A stretch of DNA of 64,000 nucleotides, from contig OX337236.1 of assembly GCA_946965045.2 (NCBI GenBank), positions 868,001 to 932,000 of the forward strand, in the 5' to 3' direction. Position 1 is the stretch's first letter; every line of letters starts with the position of its first letter. Under the pieces are notes generated by a model. That model was not told where the DNA came from. It searched no databases and saw nothing but the letters and a program-made list of their open reading frames with translations. Shown in pieces: positions 39,083 through 49,500 of this stretch. The position numbers were made by a program, and so were the translations under genes. Source of the stretch: Epithemia pelagica (taxonomy: Eukaryota; Protista; Bacillariophyta).

Positions 39083-40648
39083 CTATTCGGGGTAGGCGTC
39101 AAGGAGAGGATCGACGGTTGTTGGTGTGGTGGCGCCCGGGGCTAGAGTGAAGGATCCATGGTCCAGCATGGTTTCGGCGAGACCGCATACGACGGGGATG
39201 GAGCGGGCGTGGAGGTAGCGGAACATGGCATCGGACCGCCATCGTCCCACGAGGCGGATGAGGTCCGTGTCAACTTTTGCTGCCAACAAGGCCATGGCAC
39301 CGCCCGAACGGAGCCCACGAGTTTGGATGTTTTGCATGTCAAGTCCGCAAAGGGGGACACCACCGGACACCTGTCGCAGAAAGGCCGCAATCATAGTGGA
39401 GGTGACGTAATGGAAGAAGCCTTGTCGTGTGGTTGTGTATGCGCAAAGGGGAGTTTCAGGGCCTGCTCCTGCGTGTCGAAGGGCGATTATGCGGCGAACC
39501 AACGAGCGTGTTGGACACATTACTGCATCACCGCTGAGGGCATGGGCGATTATTTCACCTTTGTTGCGATTCTTTTGGTTGTCAAAGGTGATGGCAGAAG
39601 TTGTTGCCTTGAGCAATTCGGTTTCCGGGCAAGCGAAGATGTCAAGCTTGCGGATTCCGACGCAAATAGAAATGTTGCGGCAGAGAAGTGGATAGTTGTC
39701 ATGTGTGAAGGAAAATTCACCGGGGCGGAGCAGGTAGAAAAAACCAATCCATGCCAGTTCCATGGTTGCCTGTGTTTCTTCATCCAAAGTACAGGCGGCG
39801 ATCCGTTGTGCAGTGCGAAGAAGTTGAAGTGGTATGGGTTGTACACGGGCCGGAGGAGGGTCTTTGTTGCGCCAGCTTTTCAACAAGCGTTGGAGGCGGA
39901 TGTCGATGGCGCCGAATTTGTCAAGCCGTGGGTCAGGGGCCCCCATATGGCTAAACGTTTTTGCAATGGAGTGCAGCTCGTCAGCCACGGTATCAGCTTT
40001 GACGGGCTGGTGACTGCGGCTGCATCGTCCATCTCGTATGCGAACGGCGAGGACCTGCAGGATGGGGATTTTGTCTTCGGTGGCAGCAAGGAGGGTGTCG
40101 ACTCCGAGGGATCTGCAAAAAGGTTGCCAAATCTTGGTCCACGAGCGTTGTTGGGCGGATGCGCGTGAGGGTGTGACTGAGTTCCAGGCCGACAACCTTG
40201 CAATGCGCAGATCACTGAGGAAAGAACGTCGGATTGGGGGTGGCGAAGCTGCCAGGAGTGTGTCTGTGGAAAGGCGTTGTTGAAATGGGTGAGTAAAGCA
40301 TGTTGGGACAGATGTGTTAGACGTGACGCATGATCGGCCATGATGTTTTTCTCCCCTGGGAGGTAATGAACCGCGTGTTGGTAGCGGTATTGTCGTTGGT
40401 GAAGGCTCTGCAGTCGGAGTAGGTAAGCTGCTGCGCCGTCGGACGTAATGCTTTTTCGCTTGTTCCAAGCCACGGCGCTGACGTTGTCGCAACCGGTGGC
40501 GAGTGTTGTTTCCTGGATGTTGGCCATGGAGGACAGGACATCGGCATGCAGGATTGTAGCGGCGAGTTCTAAATCGTTGATAGTAATTGTGCCACCGGGG
40601 TTTTCGAATGTCTGCAATTGGGATGTGATGCAGTCTGGCAAAGAGCAA
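39083..40648 (-). CDS. tyrosine recombinase ORF of the retroelement (true start unknown; overlaps pol)
   Basis: AWIGFFYLLRPGEF (catalytic Arg), FDNQKNRNKG (Lys), TRGLRSGGA and GRWRSDAMFRYL (Trp and Tyr nucleophile). Confidence 0.92.
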   Translation of the reverse strand: MLFARLHHIPIADIRKPRWHNYYQRFRTRRYNPACRCPVLHGQHPGNNTRHRLRQRQRRGLEQAKKHYVRRRSSLPTPTAEPSPTTIPLPTRGSLPPRGEKHHGRSCVTSNTSVPTCFTHPFQQRLSTDTLLAASPPPIRRSFLSDLRIARLSAWNSVTPSRASAQQRSWTKIWQPFCRSLGVDTLLAATEDKIPILQVLAVRIRDGRCSRSHQPVKADTVADELHSIAKTFSHMGAPDPRLDKFGAIDIRLQRLLKSWRNKDPPPARVQPIPLQLLRTAQRIAACTLDEETQATMELAWIGFFYLLRPGEFSFTHDNYPLLCRNISICVGIRKLDIFACPETELLKATTSAITFDNQKNRNKGEIIAHALSGDAVMCPTRSLVRRIIALRHAGAGPETPLCAYTTTRQGFFHYVTSTMIAAFLRQVSGGVPLCGLDMQNIQTRGLRSGGAMALLAAKVDTDLIRLVGRWRSDAMFRYLHARSIPVVCGLAETMLDHGSFTLAPGATTPTTVDPLLDAYPE

Positions 40649-42426
40649 CTCCAGACAGTTGGCGGGATGAAAGGTGTGTTTTTGGACGGCCGGATAGGCG
40701 GGAGCCAGACACCGCCAAGGCCCAGTCCAGAAGCATCGCAGGTGCCGTGGAAGGCGGGTTTGGACGGTACAATTTCAGCAATGCGTGTGGGTCGTGACGC
40801 AAGGTCGGTGGCTAACAGTAGCAGGTCGTCGAGTTGGTCGCGGACGGCTGCTGTAATTTGGATGATGCCAGAGTTGTGTGCTTGTGACATGGCGTGCTGT
40901 AACTGGGAAAAGAGGCCATGGGAACCAGGTATCCCAATGGCCATGCTGCGGAGCTCGCCCAATAGTTTTTGAAATTCGAGAAGCGTGGCCGTGGTGCGAT
41001 GGCGAAACATGTGAAGGAGTTGTAGCAGTTTTGTCTTTCGATGGTCTGGCAGTTCGATGGTTTTTTTGATGGTATCAATTTTCCAACCAAGAATAATTTT
41101 GCTGGTCGACCAACAAGCGTCTCCTCGCGTCAGTTTTTTGGTTGATATTGGTTCTCGGCGGCCTTGGCTGTTGTCGGTGTCATCGTTGGGGCGGAACACC
41201 ATGTCATTACAATGGAGGAGCGTCCGCCGCAGTCGGTTGAGTCTTGCTTGGGATCCCTGTCCTAACATTATCTCGTCGTCAAGATAGACATCGCAGTAGG
41301 CCAGGGGTTTGTTGTGCTGATAACGAACAATTTTGGAAGTTGGTTCAGCAGGCAAGTTTGGAAGCGAGACAAGAATGTCGGGCGATGCCGTTGGTGGTGG
41401 TGCAGCTGGGATGTTGGTGGGGGCAGGGAGGCAGATGGTTGTTCGACTGGGGTCCAACGGTGGCTCGGAGCTGGCAAGGCGTTCCAATGGGTGGGCTGGT
41501 GGGTCCCAGGACGTTTCGGACACGAGACGGTTTGTAAGATCTGTCACTGTTTCAGTGAACGCGGTGAACTGAGGGGGACTTTCCGTCCATCCCATTGGGA
41601 GCGTCACCGGGAAGGCTATCAAATCGTTGTGTGAGCCAGGGAGGGGCGGTAGGATGACGCCAAGCCGTGGTACGTCGGCAGGGCGGACAGGGACGCGATA
41701 GAATCCGTCAGATAGGTCAATTTTGAGCATATAGGTGTGCCCATGTTTTGGATTTGCCGACATTATTTGCCGTAGGATGCGCTTGAGAGTGCCCCCAAAT
41801 TGCATGGCTTCTTGGTGGGCTTGGCGGTCGGTGACGGCGTTGATACCGCTGTAAGTATAGTCAACAATGATGCGTGGACGACGCTCACGCTGCGGTACGC
41901 AGCCAATTGGAGAAATTCGTAGGTTTGGCAGCGTTTTGACAAGGTGGTAGGGAAGGACTACCCAGTAGCCGCGTGAGACCATATCGGCCATGTCGCTGTG
42001 GACAAAGGAACGATATTCGCGCGCGCTTTTGTGGCAGCCACGTGTGGTTGCCATGTGTCGAATGCTAGGCGACCACTCGGGGTCGGTGCATAGGACTGGG
42101 ACTCCGGCTCGACGGAATTCGTCTAAGATCGTTGCAGCTCGATGCGGCACACGAGATACGAGCGGGGCAATACAAGACCGTCCGCGGACACGGTGAACGA
42201 AATCCACCCAGGGGAGGGAAGAAAGCAAGGCTGAATGTTGTTCTACTAACTTACCCAGTTCTGTGTTCGCGGTGTCGGTCTTGGTGTTGCTATCGGTTGT
42301 TGCGTGTGCTGTTGTGTGGATCTGGACGACAGGGGGCGGTACAGGATGGGAGTTAGATGGCCTAGAGATGTTCGCGGAGAGTCGCACTCGTTTGTGCGGC
42401 TGGACGGTAACATCTTGGCCTGCATC
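39880..42426 (-). CDS. RT-RNase H (pol) frame of the retroelement, continuous with gag after one TAG
   Basis: ISPIGCVPQRERRPRIIVDY, KIDLSDGFYRV, LPMGWTESP and YLDD; RNase H CDASG, INDLELAA, CDN and NIMADHASR. The frame is open from 42426, immediately after the gag stop. Confidence 0.93.
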   Translation of the reverse strand, partial: DAGQDVTVQPHKRVRLSANISRPSNSHPVPPPVVQIHTTAHATTDSNTKTDTANTELGKLVEQHSALLSSLPWVDFVHRVRGRSCIAPLVSRVPHRAATILDEFRRAGVPVLCTDPEWSPSIRHMATTRGCHKSAREYRSFVHSDMADMVSRGYWVVLPYHLVKTLPNLRISPIGCVPQRERRPRIIVDYTYSGINAVTDRQAHQEAMQFGGTLKRILRQIMSANPKHGHTYMLKIDLSDGFYRVPVRPADVPRLGVILPPLPGSHNDLIAFPVTLPMGWTESPPQFTAFTETVTDLTNRLVSETSWDPPAHPLERLASSEPPLDPSRTTICLPAPTNIPAAPPPTASPDILVSLPNLPAEPTSKIVRYQHNKPLAYCDVYLDDEIMLGQGSQARLNRLRRTLLHCNDMVFRPNDDTDNSQGRREPISTKKLTRGDACWSTSKIILGWKIDTIKKTIELPDHRKTKLLQLLHMFRHRTTATLLEFQKLLGELRSMAIGIPGSHGLFSQLQHAMSQAHNSGIIQITAAVRDQLDDLLLLATDLASRPTRIAEIVPSKPAFHGTCDASGLGLGGVWLPPIRPSKNTPFIPPTVWSCSLPDCITSQLQTFENPGGTITINDLELAATILHADVLSSMANIQETTLATGCDNVSAVAWNKRKSITSDGAAAYLLRLQSLHQRQYRYQHAVHYLPGEKNIMADHASRLTHLSQHALLTHFNNAFPQTHSWQLRHPQSDVLSSVICALQGCRPGTQSHPHAHPPNNARGPRFGNLFADPSESTPSLLPPKTKSPSCRSSPFAYEMDDAAAVTSPSKLIPWLTSCTPLQKRLAIWGPLTHGLTNSAPSTSASNAC

Positions 42427-44538
42427 CTATTCGAGGTGCTGCTGGGCCATGGTGGCGAGGGCAGAGGCTTCAGCATCGGAAAGTGGGCGGTGTGTTGCCA
42501 CTCGGTTACAATTGGAGAAGCAGTGGCCACGCATGTGGTAGCTGAGGCAAATCGGAATTGGCTTGCCTTCGTTGCTGGTGTTGGTAGAGTTTGGTGCGTG
42601 GCTTTGGAAGTCACGAATGCGCTTGGTGGAGGCTTCCAATTTGTCTTTAAGGGCTTTGGAGATGGTGGGATTTGTGACGAGGGCACCGCCACGGTTGGAA
42701 GTGGTGGTGGTGCGTCCCGCATTGGAGGAATCGGGAGTTGTGCTGTCACGCTTCGTTTGTTCGGTTGGTTTGGCTGCGGGCTTGGTGTCTGTCGGTGCAG
42801 TCGGGGCTGGGGCAGGCGAAGGGAGGAGGCGGTAAGCGTCGGGGAGATCCGGTAGCAAGTTGAATTGCTGTAGAGAAATCATGTTTTGTAAGTCGGCAAA
42901 AGGAGGCAAGGGAACAGGATTGCCATCATTTGTCATCAATTGGTGGAAGTAGCAAACAAGATGCGTTTGAATCCAGCGCAGGATGCGTGGAAGCACGGAT
43001 TGGGAAAGGGCGGGATTGTAGCGCGACGAGAGGTGCAATGTGGTTGCAATGGTGGGCCATTGTTTCGTGCAAAAGTACCGGTAGGCGATCGCGCATGGGT
43101 GGTTTTTACCTTGTAGTACATCGAGTTGCACACTCGTAGATGTTAGCATGAGCCCTGCGGTGAAAGGGTCTTGGGGTATGCGGATCTCCTTAGTGTTAAA
43201 GGTGGCTTGTTCGCCTAAGGTAGGAGCGGCAAGCCCTTGGAGCATTGTCTCGTATCCTGTTGCGCGTAACTCCACCGTCTTGCTGAGTTCATCGCCCACA
43301 AAGAGGCCCATACTGAAAGGCTGCAGGCCCAAGGTGAGATCATGGGCTTGGTGGGGCTCCACTCCAAAGCGTGCCGAAAGGACCATCTCTTTTGTTTCTT
43401 TTGAGACCACTGGGGTTTGGTCTGTGGCAGCGTCAGAACTGCGAGCTCGTGCTTTGACCGCGTTGCGGAGAATTGTGAGATGTTCTGCCTTGTCGCTGTT
43501 GACGATTTCGTGGTAGATGGCTGGGAGGTGTTCTTCGTTGGTAACGGAGCAGAAAGTCATCCACTCTCGGGCAACGACTTTGTACTTGGTGGCGGACGGA
43601 AGTTTGTCCTGTTTATCGGCTACGCGGCGCGCTTCGTCTTGGGCACGTTCTTGTGCACGATCACTCCGCATTGTGCTCAAGAATTTGACAAAGTGTTGAT
43701 CGGTGATGCCGCCAACATTGCTCACTGTTGTTGTGCGGTTGAGGGCAGGCATGTCTCGTGTGAGAATGTTCCAACGATGACGATCCAATTGCTCGTCTGC
43801 TGGAACGTTGGGGAAGACGGTGTTGATATCGCCCAGACAGGTAGCTGGTGCACTCCCCTTTTTGCGGCGAAAGGATGCCACACGTAACCAATCAACCAGT
43901 TGTACGCATGCCAGTTCGCGTGAGTCTTGTACAAGAGCGGTGGTTAGAACGGACCAGGCTTCTCGTGTGGAAAACGTTTTGCCCAAGACGAGGGAAACGT
44001 ATGCTGCGGGGACGGGTATAAGGCGTCGAGTGGTGATGGATGTGGAGCCGGCTTCGTTCTGAGGGACAGGTTCAAGGATGTCTACGTTGTAATCCGCCTT
44101 CCACTTGGCGTCCATGTTGGCGTGGACGGTGACTCGCTGCGGTTCGGTGACTTCGAAACAGTCATCAGGGAGTGTGACAGTTCGGATGAAGTGACTGCCT
44201 GCCCGAATGTCGCCGATGAAGGCGAAGACCTTGTCGTCCCATGTGTGCGAGATGCGGGTCATGTCTTGCTCGTAACGTGATGGTCGGTGGACGGCGATTA
44301 CACAGTAGTCGTTGTCGATCTCCACTTGGGCGAGGAACACCTTGGGAATGTTTTGAGCGGAGGTGACGACGGTTTCAAACAGAGCTTCCTTGGAAAGACC
44401 GTTGACGGGGTGATATGGCTTGTACAGAGCTGAATACTGGCCATTGAAGGCATCACGTTGGTTATGGTAGCGTGCTTTGTAGTTGGTGGCGGCCACAGGT
44501 GGCTGTGCCGCAGCGGTCGGGGCACCTGGGGTGGCCAT
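42427..44538 (-). CDS. gag-like ORF1 of the retroelement (703 aa)
   Basis: The ATG directly abuts repeat A1. C-terminal CCCH-like finger ICLSYHMRGHCFSNCNRVATH. Confidence 0.85.
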   Translation of the reverse strand: MATPGAPTAAAQPPVAATNYKARYHNQRDAFNGQYSALYKPYHPVNGLSKEALFETVVTSAQNIPKVFLAQVEIDNDYCVIAVHRPSRYEQDMTRISHTWDDKVFAFIGDIRAGSHFIRTVTLPDDCFEVTEPQRVTVHANMDAKWKADYNVDILEPVPQNEAGSTSITTRRLIPVPAAYVSLVLGKTFSTREAWSVLTTALVQDSRELACVQLVDWLRVASFRRKKGSAPATCLGDINTVFPNVPADEQLDRHRWNILTRDMPALNRTTTVSNVGGITDQHFVKFLSTMRSDRAQERAQDEARRVADKQDKLPSATKYKVVAREWMTFCSVTNEEHLPAIYHEIVNSDKAEHLTILRNAVKARARSSDAATDQTPVVSKETKEMVLSARFGVEPHQAHDLTLGLQPFSMGLFVGDELSKTVELRATGYETMLQGLAAPTLGEQATFNTKEIRIPQDPFTAGLMLTSTSVQLDVLQGKNHPCAIAYRYFCTKQWPTIATTLHLSSRYNPALSQSVLPRILRWIQTHLVCYFHQLMTNDGNPVPLPPFADLQNMISLQQFNLLPDLPDAYRLLPSPAPAPTAPTDTKPAAKPTEQTKRDSTTPDSSNAGRTTTTSNRGGALVTNPTISKALKDKLEASTKRIRDFQSHAPNSTNTSNEGKPIPICLSYHMRGHCFSNCNRVATHRPLSDAEASALATMAQQHLE

Positions 44539-44681
44539 GGTTAATCTATTCTATTCCGAACGGTCTCTCGTGACGGCAAGAAAAGAATGAGACTTGGCTC
44601 TGTGCGATGTGTGTGACACCCGGGTTGCTTTGCTGGACGGGCACGCGCGTCGTCCGTCAATCGTCCGCACGCAACAACAAT
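44539..44681 (-). repeat. split direct repeat A1 (143 bp)
   Basis: Identical by eye to 38659-38801. Confidence 0.95.
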
Positions 44682-44835
44682 TTGAAATCCATGATTGATT
44701 TTTCCTCTTACGGATAGGTTGTGCCCAATACGACTTCTTGTCCCCACAATCACTTGCCGCGTTGTAAATGTACTCTCCGGAGGGGGTGGGTCGCAGTCGG
44801 GAGTGAGTCATGCATCTTCGATACATTCTTAACGG

Positions 44836-45897
44836 ATGGAACATGAGCGACTTGAGACTAGAACCCGCTGGGAGTTAGTAGTTGGGTCAATTTTCGCTTC
44901 GTCCTGCATTTTGAGGCGACGCGATGGTTTTCTCCTTGGGAAACTCGTCTTCTCCCGAAGGAGAGAAGAGGGCAATAAGCAACGAACCCAGAATCTGGCA
45001 ACAGGACGCTCCGGATCCAGATCCAGCAACTCCAAGCATCGGCATGCGACACGACCAGAGCCGGACGACGACAATGAGAAGAACAGCAACAACAAGACCT
45101 CTGCCACACTCATTCGTGACCTGTTGGACGACGAACACAAGTGTCATCAAGTGGTCGTTTGGATCAAGCCAGCCTGTCCCTATTGTCATGCCACGGTAGA
45201 TTTGTTGCAACAGAAACTCAAAGGCTTGGATGTCAAGGTTCATTATTTGTTCCAGTCGCCTCAAGATGCATTGGTCCACGACGAATTGGCTCACTTAACG
45301 AGTGGCCAACGCACGGTGCCGTATATTTTTATTCATGGACAACCCATTGTGGGTGGCAATAGTCAATTGCAAGAACTGTACCATCACGACCAACTCGAAG
45401 CCTTGCTGTTTCCACAATTGTCTGTGGCATCCGACAAAGGTCATGGTGCCGATCGACAACAACAACAACAAGAATATGTTCGGGCCGTTTGGAAAGGTAG
45501 AGTGGTGGCAGAATGTGAGGAATCTCGCATTCGCGTCGTTGGCGTGTTGCATCCCCAGTATTATTTCCCTCCGGATTTCATACTTGCTCTACAGGACGAA
45601 GACAACAAGAAGAATAACAAAGTGTGCCATTTGGAACCCATTGACGACGACACGACTCCCTATTATTGCGGATCCAAGGGAGGTGAGGCCACCTATTATA
45701 CACTCCTCGTGAAACAAACGACGACGGTGGGTGAGAAGAACAATCCTGATGCAAAACGCACGTGGTATAAGTATCCCCACGCGGCATGGTCCTATCCGAA
45801 TCCCACAAAGGCAGCCGAACTCAAGGATCATGTTTGCTTTGACAGTGAGGTTGCCATTCTCAAGGGACGGGAACAGATATATCCACCATTGGTCTAG
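44836..45897 (+). CDS. glutaredoxin (CPYC) - DUF427 fusion protein; N-terminus uncertain
   Basis: Grx motifs WIKPACPYC, GQRTVPYIFI and VGGNSQL. DUF427 motifs VRAVWKGRVVAE, YYFPPDFI, YCGSKGGEATYY and AAWSYPNPTKAAELKDHVCF. Confidence 0.8.
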   Translation: MEHERLETRTRWELVVGSIFASSCILRRRDGFLLGKLVFSRRREEGNKQRTQNLATGRSGSRSSNSKHRHATRPEPDDDNEKNSNNKTSATLIRDLLDDEHKCHQVVVWIKPACPYCHATVDLLQQKLKGLDVKVHYLFQSPQDALVHDELAHLTSGQRTVPYIFIHGQPIVGGNSQLQELYHHDQLEALLFPQLSVASDKGHGADRQQQQQEYVRAVWKGRVVAECEESRIRVVGVLHPQYYFPPDFILALQDEDNKKNNKVCHLEPIDDDTTPYYCGSKGGEATYYTLLVKQTTTVGEKNNPDAKRTWYKYPHAAWSYPNPTKAAELKDHVCFDSEVAILKGREQIYPPLV

Positions 45898-46512
45898 TAG
45901 TCGACAAAAATGGACACAGTGGTTTATTGAAAAAAGCCGAGGAGGTGTTTCATTTTCTGGGATCTTTGCTCTTCCAAGCATGAAACTCGCGTGATTGGAG
46001 CGTGGCGGTCGTGTCCAAATGATATCGAATCAAGAAACCCCACTGAAACAGGTGGCTGATGCTGTATCAAGACGCCACTGCTGAGTTGAAAGCTTTGGCC
46101 CGTGACTTGTCCAGGACAAGTACAAGAAAGGATCCCGTAGCCTCATAACAAATGGACCGTTCCAACTACCGTTGCATGACACGATTTCAATCTCGTTTTC
46201 ATAACACATTACTTGGAAACACGTGCTCGTCGCAGCGGAACGGCAATACAAGCTTCAAAGAAATCACTAAAAGAGCAAACAACAAATGATTCTATAGCAT
46301 TGGACATTCTGAACGGGTACTGCTTCTCTTGAATGCCGGTCGTTCTGATTCACGCCACACGGGACAAGAGCACAGCAAATGAGCATTTACCCAGAAGTGA
46401 TTCTAATCTTGGAAGTCTGTGCAAGCGTTGATCGTTGTGCCGCGGGAAGTTTCCAAGTCTTTGAATACCGAACCCATCAAAATTCCACTAATGATCTTCA
46501 AGTCTGTCATGA

Positions 46513-49500
46513 CTACTTTGCAAGGTTGCTACTGTTCATGAAGTGAGAGGCAGAGGTAGGGGATGCTGGTGGTGGTGAGTGTGGCACCGTTCTGGAGGTC
46601 GGTGCTACGCGAACCGACGCCACTGCTGTCGTTGACACTGCGGAGCTGGCATTGTTGTTGCCGGTCGATCGTGTGGCGATTCGCAGAAATGATACCAGGA
46701 CCAGGACAAAGAACATTGCAACCCAACTAATGTACCATTGTTCCACAACCAGAAAGGCTGTTGATAAGATCCATAAAATGATTTGCATTGGCGTACCAAA
46801 TCGCAAAAAGTCATTGTACTTGTAACCACCTGGTCCGTAAATCAACAAGTTCGTAGTATACCCAAACGGGGACATGAAACTCGCCGAGGCGCCCAACATG
46901 AGTGCATAACTCATAATGATTCGATCTGTTCCGGTTTGTTCTGCAGCATCCAAGGCAATGGGGAACAAAAGAGCTGCGGCTGCATTGTTGGTAACCACGT
47001 TGGAAATAAGAAATGTGGCAAAATACACAGCTCCCAGCAAACCGGCATCGCCTATTCCTACGGCTTCTCCAACATCCACCAAAAAGTTGGCAATGCCACC
47101 GGCCACACCTGAATTTACCATTGCATTACCAATCCCAAACGCACATGCGATAGTGATATAAATATCCCACTTGAACGCATCTCTTGCTTCTTGTTCTGAC
47201 AAAATTCCCAGTGCCACCATGGAAACGGCCGCCACTAGCGCACATATCAAGATGGACGTAACTCCAGCCGTAAAGACGGCAAGCATGGCAATCGCAATCG
47301 CCAAGGCAGGAATGAGCAAATCTAGTCTGGGAGGTGCCGAGTCTTTGACTTCGGCCAAAAGGGCAAAGGCTCGATCATTCTCAGCAGATCGTCCTAAAAA
47401 CGAAGGCCCAGCTTCCAAAAGTAACACATCACCAGCTTGAAGTTTGATCCGACCAGGGTGTTCATGGACGCGTTTGCCCTCACGATGAACTGCAATAACA
47501 GCAGCTCCGAAACGAGTTCGAAACTGTAGCTCCTTGACAGTCTGACCGACCAATGGTCCATTTCGTGCAACCACTGCCTGTACCAAGCGGCGGTCGTGTA
47601 CCCTCTCGTTGATTTTCTCCACTTCCTCATTTTGATATTGCACCAAACCAGGAATCTTCCTCAAATCTCCTACAGCCGACGCTGAACCAGAAAACCACAA
47701 GACATCACCTTCTTGCAGAGGTTCATCGGGATCAATGGCTTCAAAAGCGATGTGGTCTGTTCGAACAGATTGCAAATCGCTTCCAACATGCTGCCCTTCT
47801 TCGTCGCCACCATGTGGTGATGTTGATCTGGTATGGAGAAACGCTTGTGGGTGTAACAACGCATGTTTGAATTTGGCGATGCGGGGAAAGTCGCTGTTCA
47901 TTGTGTTGCCAGCCGCGGCGTTGTGATGACTGGTAGTATCTTCCAGTTGTGATTCTCCTAATTGGTCCCGCGGTCGTTCAATACTAACCAGAAACAAGTC
48001 TGGTAGCTTGTGAATACCGCCTTGAGCGACTGTCTTTCCGACAAACTTGGAGCCTGGTGCAATCGCCATGGCAGTGAGAAATTCTCGTGACGCAGCCGCC
48101 TTGCCGTGACTGTCTCCGTCCTCTTTAAAGACTACCATTAAATCTTGCCATACTTTTTCTTGCTGCATCTTCCGATGCATTGTGATATCATCCGATGGCT
48201 CGTCCGCCTGGAAGGATTCTTCATGGACATCGGTATTTGTGTTGTTGGCCGCACCACCTTCTGCGGCAGAAAATGGACCACTGCTATAGTCGTCATCTCC
48301 ATCTGAGGACGAAGGAATTTCTTCACGGACAAAAAACATTTCTCCCTCGACGTCTTCCATGCCTTCCAAGGTCGGAAGAATGGTACCATGGGTTGTGTCG
48401 TTGGTCGAGGTGGGTACCGGTGGTTCTGATTTGACAATACCGGCTGTACTATGGGGCGCGGTTATCGTAGTAGGTGTAGTAGCACCACTCGTGGCTTTGC
48501 TGGATGACGGTTTGGTGCTGGCAGTTCCCATTTGCCGTGTGGCATCCGACGACGACACTCCACTTTCTTCATCGTCGTCACTGGTTCCAAGACCAGCACC
48601 TGCAGAACCCAGATTACTGTTGCTTCGTCTCCGAATCATCTTGACCAAGTTCGACACGGATCCAGTTCCCCGTGTCAACAATCCACTGCTACTACCACCA
48701 TGATTATGAGACATCAACAGGGGGTGCTGGTGTTGTTGCTCCGCTCGTTCTTGTTCGGCCAACGATTCTTCCAATTCTTTGTAAAAGTTGGCGGGCGGTT
48801 GGTTCAACAACGGGGAGTCGTCGCTGGCTTGCAAAATCAAAATATCTCCGACATCCAATCGGACCGTGGCCAAATTGGCCGTGGGAACATTGGTTCCTCC
48901 CTGTCTCAAGGCCACAATTGCGGTTTTGTACACTTGTCGAAAATTGATTTCCGTCGCCGTCTTTCCGATCAATCGCGACCCCTTGACCACAGTGGCTCGA
49001 ACGACTCGCAATCCCCGTTCCTTGATCGCTTCGACTCCGGCATCAGCCGACAACAAGGCATGTAAGACGGACCAAATTTGTTCGACATCGGGCAAGTCTG
49101 TACCAATCACTTGACACCGCCAAATCGAGACAGATCGTTCGATAAAGACGGCTGCTTCTGTGTGATGCAATTGCAAATCCAGTCGTAGCAAGCCCTTGGA
49201 AATGTCCAACAACAAGCCAGCCCGATCACGCGCATTAATACCAACGACCACCAAATCTTTCTCGACTGTCACCACAATTTTGGGCGGATCAGTGGGACGT
49301 AATCCATCCACCGTATTGACTTGATGATGATGAACATGTGGGTGTATTTGATGGTTCGCATGCTGCGCGTGATTCTGTCCGGGAAGCAATGGATTGTGGG
49401 GTGGTCTCAATCCCCGCATGGGCGGTAGCAATCGACCTGGTCCTCCAGAACTGTGTACAGTTCCTCCTCCTCCTCCCGCATGATTGGGTGGTCCCACGAA

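Larger units (their letters stand above)
38503..44681 (-). mobile_element. full-length tyrosine-recombinase retrotransposon (DIRS order, Ngaro/PAT-type split direct repeats), 6,179 bp
   Basis: On the element strand the order is A1(44681-44539), gag, RT/RH, YR, B1(38935-38801), A2(38801-38659), spacer, B2(38643-38503). There is no TSD, and no adenine-methyltransferase domain is recognisable at the end of pol. Confidence 0.93.

Noticed and set aside
39158-40168. 336-aa plus-strand ORF opposite the recombinase
   Set aside because: Antisense shadow of GC-rich coding sequence.
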